Assembly (NCBI GenBank): GCA_050998515.1
Contig: JBPCQC010000079.1
Location: 6,177 to 70,176, forward strand
Direction of reading: 5' to 3'
Length of the DNA stretch: 64,000 nt
DNA from: Verrucomicrobiales bacterium
GTDB taxonomy: Bacteria; Verrucomicrobiota; Verrucomicrobiia; Verrucomicrobiales; V1-33
How positions within the stretch are numbered: the stretch's first letter is position 1; every line of letters starts with the position of its first letter. This document shows, piece after piece, positions 57,328 to 64,000 of the stretch. Below the pieces are notes generated by a model. It searched no databases, was not told the origin of the DNA, and saw only the letters and a list, made by a program, of their open reading frames with translations. The translations under genes and the position numbers were made by a program.

Positions 57328-58536
57328 TCACGTGCCCAGCAAAAGCCGCGCCGGATTCTCGATACATTCCTTAATGCGGATCAGAAAGGTGACGGCGTCC
57401 TTGCCGTCCACCACACGATGGTCGTAGCTTAGCGCGAGATACATCATTGGACGGACGATGACCTGGCCGTCGCGAGCGACAGGGCGTTCCTGGATGGTGT
57501 GCATGCCAAGGATGCCGCTCTGCGGTGGATTTAAGATCGGCGTCGAAAGCAGGCTGCCGAAGATGCCGCCATTGGTAATGGTGAAGATGCCGCCCTGCAG
57601 GTCTTCGAGCTGAACCTTGCCGTCTCTCGCTCGCGCAGCCACATCGCCGATGGCGCGCTCGATCTCGGAAAAACTCTTCTGGTCGCAATCGCGGATGACC
57701 GGCACCATCAGTCCCCGTTCGGTGCTCACAGCCACGCCGATGTCGAAAAAATGGTTTTCGACGATGTCGTCACCATCGATTCGGCTGTTCACCTGCGGAA
57801 CACTTTTGAGGGCGTCGACCGCAGCTTTCACAAAAAATGACATGAGGCCAAGCTTGATGCCGTGTTTGGCGATGAAGCTTTCCTGCAAATCTTTGCGCAA
57901 TTTCATGACTGCCGACATGTCCGCCTCATTGATTGTGGTCAGCATCGCGGCGGTATGCTGCGCGTTGACCAGTTGCTGAGCGATTTTTCGCCGCATCGGT
58001 GACATGCGGCGACGAGTGGTGCGGCCGTCATGGGCGCGTGCCGCGGGTGCCAGCTCCGGGCTGTCTGAGGAGGCAGCACGCGGGGCGGGTTCCGGCACTG
58101 GTGCGACGACATCGTTCCCGGCGGCCGCGGCAGGTGCGGCCTTGGTGGGCGCTTCGGGCGCAACCGGCGTTTCCGGTGCGGACGGTTTTTGGTGAGAGGC
58201 GATCTCCCCTTTACCCGGCCGGGTCGATTCTTTGGCGCGCGCTCCGCCCTTTTCTTTCGGTGCGGCGGGTGGCGCCGACTCGGCAGGAGCGCTCGCTCCG
58301 ATTGGTCCTGGCTCAATGCTCCCAACCACCGCGCCAATCGGCACTTCCTGGCCAGCGGGTATTTTGATTTTGAGGACCCCGGTCGAGTCGGCAGTGAGAT
58401 CAGTGGCAACTTTGTCGGTCTCCAAAGTCAGCAGCACATCGCCGACGCCTACCGAGTCTCCATCTTTCTTGTGCCAGTTCGAAATCAGCGCCGTGGAAAT
58501 GGATTCGCCCACCGCAGGAATCTTGATCTCAGCCAT
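57328..58536 (-). CDS. sucB: Dihydrolipoyllysine-residue succinyltransferase (2-oxoglutarate dehydrogenase E2)
   Basis: Lipoyl domain ([10 protein letters not shown]). Ala/Pro-rich linker. Catalytic domain near-colinear with E. coli SucB ([28 protein letters not shown]...[10 protein letters not shown]). Confidence 0.85.
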   Translation of the reverse strand: MAEIKIPAVGESISTALISNWHKKDGDSVGVGDVLLTLETDKVATDLTADSTGVLKIKIPAGQEVPIGAVVGSIEPGPIGASAPAESAPPAAPKEKGGARAKESTRPGKGEIASHQKPSAPETPVAPEAPTKAAPAAAAGNDVVAPVPEPAPRAASSDSPELAPAARAHDGRTTRRRMSPMRRKIAQQLVNAQHTAAMLTTINEADMSAVMKLRKDLQESFIAKHGIKLGLMSFFVKAAVDALKSVPQVNSRIDGDDIVENHFFDIGVAVSTERGLMVPVIRDCDQKSFSEIERAIGDVAARARDGKVQLEDLQGGIFTITNGGIFGSLLSTPILNPPQSGILGMHTIQERPVARDGQVIVRPMMYLALSYDHRVVDGKDAVTFLIRIKECIENPARLLLGT

Positions 58537-58624
58537 AAGGCGACAGTAAGCCCGGCTCCCGGGCTGGCAAGCGTGGCGAAGGTTTCCGCAGCCTGTCGAA
58601 CTTACGCGAATTTAATCGCACCCC

Positions 58625-58740
58625 CACGTGACGCAGGCGTCACGCCTGTGCCTACCTCAGGCATCTTGCCTGAGAATGCCGCAGGATGGGTGTCCCAGCC
58701 AGGATGGCCGGGATACGCACAGGCAAGGTGCCCGCGTCAC
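58625..58740. repeat. REP-B palindromic intergenic element, copy 1
   Basis: GTGACGCAGG...GGCATCTTGCCTG...CCAGGATGGCCGG...CAGGCAAGGTGCC CGCGTCAC, with outer and inner inverted repeats forming a ~115-nt imperfect hairpin. Second copy at 63717-63812. Confidence 0.65.
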
Positions 58741-58845
58741 AAGCACTATGTCCGACAGACTGCTCAAACCTTCGCCCCAAATTAACCCAGGGGTTGGAAA
58801 CCTCCGTTACGGGAAAGTTTCAAACCTGCGAAACCTGCGTAGCCT

Positions 58846-60243
58846 ATGGCCATTCTCGACATGCCATACTGGCTTTTCGGTCTTTTCGGATTAGTGTTCG
58901 CCTCGTTGGCCATGGGAGCGGAGCGGCCCAACATTGTCTGGATTGTGGGAGAAGACATGGGGCCGGAGCTCGGGTGCTACGGTGATGCGCAGGCGGTGAC
59001 GCCGAACATGGATCGATTGGCAAAACAAGGCGCGCGTTTCACCCGTTGTTTCACACACGCCGCGGTGTGCGCCCCCAGCCGGCACGGCTTGATTACAGGC
59101 CGCTATCCCATTGCCACGGGAGCGCATCACATGCGCTCGACGCTCGTCAATTCTCTGGTGACGTTCACCAAACTCCTGCGCGACGCAGGTTATTTCGTGG
59201 CTTGGCCCGGCAAAACTGACTTCAACTTCAAAGAGCCGCCGGACTTCGCGGACGCGCGTGTCAACTGGCTTAAAGCGAGGCCGCCACGGCAGCCCTTTTT
59301 TGCCTACATCAATTTTACGCAGTCGCACGAAAGTCAGGTCCGAAACGATGGGGATAAATATGGCGCTCACACCCGACGCTTGGCGGCTGACCAGCGGCAT
59401 AATCCCGCAAAAATGGAATTGCCGCCATTCTGGCCCGACACGCCTGTCGTCCGGCGCGAACTGGCGAATTATTACGATCTTGTCACGTCGGTTGATTATG
59501 ACGTTGGTGATGTGCAGAAATATCTCGAAGACCACGGGTTGGTGCAAAACACCGTGGTATTTCTTTTTGGTGATCACGGTCGCGGCATGCCGCGGTTCAA
59601 GCGGTGGTGTTATGATACTGGCAGTCATGTTCCGCTTATTGTGCGATGGCCCGGAAAAATCGAGCCGGCGAGCGTGCGCGAGGACCTGGTCGCCTTTGTC
59701 GACTTGCCTGCCACGGTGCTGGCGCTGGCGGGGGTCGGTGTGCCGAAAAGTTTTGACGGCCAGGTCTTCCTCGGCCCGAAGGCGGGACCGGAAAGGAAAT
59801 ACGTGTTCGCTCATCGCGACTTTATGGACGAAACTTTTGACCGCATTCGCAGCGTGCGTGACCGGCGGTTTCACTACCTGCGCAACTTTCATCCCGAGTT
59901 GCCTTACGCGCAGAAGATTGAGTATATGGAACGGGGGAAGACTATGCAGGTGTGGCGGGAGTGGCATGCCTCGGGCAAGCTCGATCCGGCCCAGTCGGCG
60001 TTCTTCGCTGCCAGAAAACCAGCAGAGGAGCTCTATGACACAGCCAACGATCCGTTTGAACTCCACAATCTCGCTGCCGATCCGAACCACGCCGCGAAAC
60101 TGGCGGAATTGCGATCGGCCTGTGATGAGTGGCTTACGGAGACAAAAGACCTGGGTGCCATTCCGGTCGATGAATTGATTGGAGGCGGCGTGATTGCTCC
60201 GCGCGATCCCGCCTACGAAAAACGACGGGCGCGGCAGAAGTAG
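58846..60243 (+). CDS. Sulfatase (formylglycine-dependent arylsulfatase family), secreted
   Basis: Signal peptide. C-x-P-x-R FGly motif (CAPSRHGLITGRYP). Sulfatase metal-binding blocks. Confidence 0.9.
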   Translation: MAILDMPYWLFGLFGLVFASLAMGAERPNIVWIVGEDMGPELGCYGDAQAVTPNMDRLAKQGARFTRCFTHAAVCAPSRHGLITGRYPIATGAHHMRSTLVNSLVTFTKLLRDAGYFVAWPGKTDFNFKEPPDFADARVNWLKARPPRQPFFAYINFTQSHESQVRNDGDKYGAHTRRLAADQRHNPAKMELPPFWPDTPVVRRELANYYDLVTSVDYDVGDVQKYLEDHGLVQNTVVFLFGDHGRGMPRFKRWCYDTGSHVPLIVRWPGKIEPASVREDLVAFVDLPATVLALAGVGVPKSFDGQVFLGPKAGPERKYVFAHRDFMDETFDRIRSVRDRRFHYLRNFHPELPYAQKIEYMERGKTMQVWREWHASGKLDPAQSAFFAARKPAEELYDTANDPFELHNLAADPNHAAKLAELRSACDEWLTETKDLGAIPVDELIGGGVIAPRDPAYEKRRARQK

Positions 60244-60315
60244 CGCTGGCACAAGCAGAGATCTCCTCTTGGCAATCCTCCTGAAAGCGTCCGTATCCAA
60301 TCGCCTTGCCTGTGT

Positions 60316-61338
60316 TCACCAATCAGCGGCGGGTCTTGCTCGCGATCCGCTTGAACAACTGAGCCGCGTCGGTTGCGGTGGGCAGGGGTGGGGGAGTGGC
60401 GCGGTTCGCAAAATCAGCCAGCGGCTTCCATCCGTGCTCTCTTCGGATTGGGCGGGAGCCGCCCAATCGATGCGGCCTTCCTGGATCCACTGTTGCAGCG
60501 TGGCGCCACTTACCGGCGAGTAGACCGTTCCATCCGGTCCCAACACTTTGAAATAGACCTTACGGTCGAGTTCGGGTTGGCCGTCTCCGAGCGTGTCTTT
60601 CAGCTTCTCTTTCGCTTGTGAGAAGGCATCAGCGATGGCGCCAGCCTCCTGCCGCCCCGTCGACAAGAATTCGCCAATCTGCCCCTCCGGAAATGGCATG
60701 GTTCCAATTTGGAAATCCGCGAGAGTTGGGAACGATTGGTTTGAAGCGGCTGCTTCCACCGGCGCGGCGGCGGTCTGGTAGGACGTGGCAGCGGTTTGGT
60801 ACCCATTAACCACCCAATCGAGTTTCCCGGTTTTCAAGTCGAGCAAAAGCCCGTGCAACGGTGTGTGGGTACCGATGAGCGGGCTCGAGCGGACAAAGTC
60901 CACCGCCTTTGTCACGTTTTGCCGCTCGCTGGCAAAGAGGCCGAAGAATTCATTGAAGTTCTCCGGAAGTCGTCCGCGGTCGACCCCGAGTTCGCGGAAG
61001 CGGTCGGTCAATTGCATCACGTTGGTTTTACAAACGAGGCAGTCGGTGTGCCCGAGAATGGCGATTTCCTTTCCGCCTTTGACCGCGCACGCCAGGGCGA
61101 TCGAGCGCATGGTGCTGCTCACCGGACCCGTGATGATGTTGCCCGCGTTGCGCAACCAGATGAATTTCTCCGCCGGTATACCCAGGGCCCTGGGAACGAG
61201 CTCGTTGAGCCGCGGATCAATACAAGTCAGGGCAACAACCGGCAAAGAATGCTCGAACGCCGAAAGATCGCAGGTCACGGTTTCGCCGGTGGCGGACGCG
61301 CGATGGTTTTCCTGAATGATCGATTCGAAAAGGCTCAT
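60316..61338 (-). CDS. Beta-class carbonic anhydrase domain fused to a C-terminal DUF4339-like domain
   Basis: First ATG at 61338 (the track start 61344 is TTG). Beta-CA zinc ligands (CIDPR..., HTDCL). C-terminal YFKVLGPDGTVYSPVSGATLQQWIQEGRI fits the DUF4339 pattern. Confidence 0.75.
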   Translation of the reverse strand: MSLFESIIQENHRASATGETVTCDLSAFEHSLPVVALTCIDPRLNELVPRALGIPAEKFIWLRNAGNIITGPVSSTMRSIALACAVKGGKEIAILGHTDCLVCKTNVMQLTDRFRELGVDRGRLPENFNEFFGLFASERQNVTKAVDFVRSSPLIGTHTPLHGLLLDLKTGKLDWVVNGYQTAATSYQTAAAPVEAAASNQSFPTLADFQIGTMPFPEGQIGEFLSTGRQEAGAIADAFSQAKEKLKDTLGDGQPELDRKVYFKVLGPDGTVYSPVSGATLQQWIQEGRIDWAAPAQSEESTDGSRWLILRTAPLPHPCPPQPTRLSCSSGSRARPAADW

Positions 61339-61406
61339 TTCCAATCGCTACCATAACGAGGCCCTTCTCCCTAACAATGTTTCCAGCGGAACTGTCTGGC
61401 TGCGGC

Positions 61407-62975
61407 TCACCCTTTTTTCTTTTCCACGCGTTCAGCAGCATCGTGCTCGATCGCCTGGCGCAACGCGGGCACCTGCTCGACGAGCTTTGCGAAGCTGACG
61501 CCGGTCAGGCTTTCGAGGATGGGCGGCAACTGGCTCATAATTTGGGTGATATCTCCGGTCAGTTTGCTGGCACCCCCGCCGGGACCGTCGCCCGAATTGA
61601 TGATGACCATGCGCTCGGTTTTCGAAAGTGGTTCGCTGATTTTTCCGGCCACCTCGGGAAGGATGCGAACGATCATTTCGATGACCGCAGCCTGGTTGTA
61701 GAGCTTGAACGATTCGGCTTTGGTGCGCATGGCTTCGGCGGTGGCCTTGCCTTGGGCTTCGATGATCGCGGCTTCCGCCAGGCCGCGCGCCTTGTTCGCT
61801 TCGGCGTCGGCCAGGCCGACCGCTTTTGAAACCTCCGCATTGGCAAATCCCTGGGCTTTGGCCGCATTAGCCGCCCCGGTCGCCTCCGCCTCGAGCTGAA
61901 ATTTGCGTGCATTGGCCAGCGTTTCCACCTTGTAGCGTTCGGCATCCGCAGGCTTCTGGACGTCAGCTTCGAGTTCGCGTTGCTTGCGCATGATTTCCTG
62001 CTGTTGCAACTCGATCTGCTTTTGTTTCTCGATGATGTTGACCTGCACCTCTTCGGCCTTTACGAGCTGGCCGGTCTTGTATTTCTGAAGATCGTAGGCG
62101 AGATCGGCCTCGGCCTTCTTCTGATTCACCGCCGCCTGGTATTGCGCCACGTTGCTTTGATAGTCGCGCTGGGCCTCGGCGATCTTGGTGTCCGCAATAA
62201 ACTTCGCCTCCTGTCCGGCCTGTGTCGCCTGGGCAGACTTGATCATCGCGTCCCGGTCAGCTTCGGCCTGCGCGATCTGCGCATCCCGTTTTACTTGCGC
62301 GATGCGCGGTTTGCCTAACGCATCGAGATAGCCCTGAGTGTCCCGAATGTCGCGGATCGTGAAACTGACGATTCCGAGACCCATATTCGCCATGTCACCG
62401 GCGGCCACTTCCTGGACCTTCGAGGCAAAGGCATCCCGGTTTTGATAAATCTCCTCGACCGTCATCGTCCCTAGAATCGCGCGCAGGTGGCCTTCGAGCG
62501 TCTGCATCGCGATGTTCTTGATGTCCGCGGTTCCTTTGCTCAAAAACTGTTCGGCCGCCGTCGCGATGGAAATGTCGTCGCCCTTCACTTTGATCTGCGC
62601 CACGCCGTCGACTTTCACCGGCACGCCCTTGCTGGTATAAACTTCGGGCGTCTGCACATCGATGGTGAGGAGTTCGAGGGAAAGGATGTCCACCTTTTCC
62701 ACCACCGGCATGACGAAAGTGCCGCCGCCTTTCACGATGCGGAAGCCACGTGCGCTCGTTGTTCCGTCCGCTTCGCGATAGCTATGTTTTCGACCGGAAA
62801 CAACCAGCACCTCGTTCGGGCCGACCTTGGTGTAGCGGGTGGCCCACACCATCCCGAAAAGGAAGATCACCACCAGCAAAGCCACGATGGCAAGGGCCGC
62901 CATGCCCCAGCCGGCGGGCATGTCTATTGCTAAAATGAGGGAGGTGGGATTTAGGGAAGGCATCTTTTCGATCAT
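61407..62975 (-). CDS. Flotillin / SPFH (band 7) domain protein (YqiK/FloT-like)
   Basis: ATG 62975 overlaps the nfeD stop (ATGA). N-terminal TM. SPFH domain. Long Ala/Glu/Gln coiled-coil. The track start at 63284 is an extension. Confidence 0.85.
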   Translation of the reverse strand: MIEKMPSLNPTSLILAIDMPAGWGMAALAIVALLVVIFLFGMVWATRYTKVGPNEVLVVSGRKHSYREADGTTSARGFRIVKGGGTFVMPVVEKVDILSLELLTIDVQTPEVYTSKGVPVKVDGVAQIKVKGDDISIATAAEQFLSKGTADIKNIAMQTLEGHLRAILGTMTVEEIYQNRDAFASKVQEVAAGDMANMGLGIVSFTIRDIRDTQGYLDALGKPRIAQVKRDAQIAQAEADRDAMIKSAQATQAGQEAKFIADTKIAEAQRDYQSNVAQYQAAVNQKKAEADLAYDLQKYKTGQLVKAEEVQVNIIEKQKQIELQQQEIMRKQRELEADVQKPADAERYKVETLANARKFQLEAEATGAANAAKAQGFANAEVSKAVGLADAEANKARGLAEAAIIEAQGKATAEAMRTKAESFKLYNQAAVIEMIVRILPEVAGKISEPLSKTERMVIINSGDGPGGGASKLTGDITQIMSQLPPILESLTGVSFAKLVEQVPALRQAIEHDAAERVEKKKG

Positions 62976-63559
62976 GGCTGCATTTTGCTTACATAAAACT
63001 GAGATCCAACAATGCGGGTGATCCGGACGGCCTGGCCTGCGCTCAAGGGCATCCCGGTTTCTTCGCGAGCCGGCGCAGAATAGCGTGATCCGCTCTGCAC
63101 ATAAGCAATCTCGCCCACCCCATTTTCCGGAATCGGGCTGATGACGTTGGCCATCATTCCAACCAGGCTCGCCACCCGCGATTCGCTCGAGCTCTGAGTT
63201 TTGCTGAAAACTTGCCGAAAGAGCCAGACCACTGCTCCCGCTGCGAAAAAGGCGCAGACTGCCGCCAGCGGCGCGCTGATCCACGGACTGCTCGTCGCCT
63301 TGATCTTTGAAAAAATCATCCCGAAGCCACCGAACGCGGTAACGAACGAAGCAATCACGGTAGGACTGAAGACCGAAAATCCCGGCATGTCATAACCGGC
63401 TTCGGCATGGCCGCCGGTGCCGAGATCATGGGCGTCGTGACCGGCCACATCATGTCCGCCGACATCATGGCCACCGAAGACGTCCGCCATGAAGGCGCTG
63501 ATCAGGGTGAAAACCAGCCCGAAGCCCAAACAGCCAAGGTAAACCAGGAACAGGTCCAT
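62972..63559 (-). CDS. NfeD-family membrane protein (YqiJ-like) paired with flotillin
   Basis: ATG 63557-63559. Multi-TM N-terminus with His/Gly-rich loop. C-terminal OB-fold-like segment. Classic nfeD-flotillin operon. Confidence 0.8.
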   Translation of the reverse strand: MDLFLVYLGCLGFGLVFTLISAFMADVFGGHDVGGHDVAGHDAHDLGTGGHAEAGYDMPGFSVFSPTVIASFVTAFGGFGMIFSKIKATSSPWISAPLAAVCAFFAAGAVVWLFRQVFSKTQSSSESRVASLVGMMANVISPIPENGVGEIAYVQSGSRYSAPAREETGMPLSAGQAVRITRIVGSQFYVSKMQP

Positions 63560-63716
63560 AAAACCGCATTACAAAGGGATTGCGCGCCCTGAGCAAGAGA
63601 ATTCAACGTAACAGCGACACTCCTGTCGCTGATTGAATCAGGCAAGGTGGTTGCGATAAGGGATTTCGCTCAATGCAATGCCATGGGCGAGACCAGCCTG
63701 TCGGACTTTGACGCCG

Positions 63717-63812
63717 GTGACGCAGGCATCTTGCCTGTGCGTACGCCGGCCATCCTGGCCGGCCGCCGTCGGGCGGCATGATCTCAGGCAAGATGCCCGA
63801 GGTACGCGCAGG
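63717..63812. repeat. REP-B palindromic intergenic element, copy 2 (central part inverted relative to copy 1)
   Basis: GTGACGCAGGCATCTTGCCTG TGCGTACG CCGGCCATCCTGGCCGG CCGCCGTCGGGCGG ... CAGGCAAGATGCC CGAGGTACGCGCAGG. Confidence 0.65.
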
Positions 63813-64000
63813 TTTTTCGCCAGGTGTCCCGCCGGGGGAAAAGAATCAGGAAAAAGTCAAGCGCCAGGGGCGAGACGCCCGTGCCCCTTTCAAACTGCCT
63901 GGCGGGCAGGAGCCAACCAAATTCACTCGATGATCCGTAAGTATTTCACCCCTTGTTGCCACCAATCTCGAAACGGACCGCGGGTCAGGCTGTTCATGGC

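Noticed and set aside
58891-60300. 469-aa minus-strand ORF of almost the same length as the sulfatase gene
   Set aside because: The plus-strand frame carries an unambiguous sulfatase signature (CAPSRHG FGly motif, signal peptide); the antisense product has no motifs.

Overview
This 64-kb window is high-GC (about 60% by eye) and gene-dense, and reads like a chromosomal segment from a Verrucomicrobia/PVC-type bacterium. Supporting signs are three PEP-CTERM cargo proteins, a DUF1553/DUF1501 gene pair, DUF1559-type pseudopilins, an LTD/CotH giant protein, a CRTAC1 (ASPIC/UnbV) protein and a complete Bat aerotolerance operon. Most of the window is housekeeping or envelope functions: ligA 3-prime end, pgl-like lactonase, L,D-transpeptidase, AmiE-like/NamZ fusion, nitrilase, two amidohydrolases, araD, nadD, mutL, iscA-like, moxR, sucB, Fe/Mn SOD, sulfatase, beta-carbonic anhydrase and a flotillin/NfeD pair. 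No rRNA, tRNA or CRISPR array was found.

The main accessory signal is a roughly 4-kb island (43.8-47.85 kb) on the opposite strand, splitting the Bat operon between moxR and the DUF58 gene. It carries a DNA methyltransferase fused to an Mrr-type PD-(D/E)xK nuclease domain that is broken by a single-nucleotide frameshift, a coupled 152-aa unknown and a Hanks-type Ser/Thr kinase, with an iteron-like repeat array at its border. I flag this as a candidate undescribed defence/R-M-like module.

Other observations:
- A four-helix-bundle (23S rRNA IVS-type) gene flanked by inverted GGATTGC heptamer arrays sits between batA and batBC.
- A frameshifted mazF/pemK-like toxin remnant lies in the unusually long DUF1553-DUF1501 spacer.
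- A hicAB pair lies between the two amidohydrolase genes; hicA appears frameshifted at a (CA)3 tract.
- Two palindromic REP/MITE-like repeat families each occur twice.
- One ORF fuses a complete PEP-CTERM protein in-frame to a second secreted protein.
- Two unrelated giant secreted proteins share a conserved C-terminal module.

Gene starts that I moved from the six-frame track are based on the first ATG, a signal peptide or family N-termini, and are less certain than ends.
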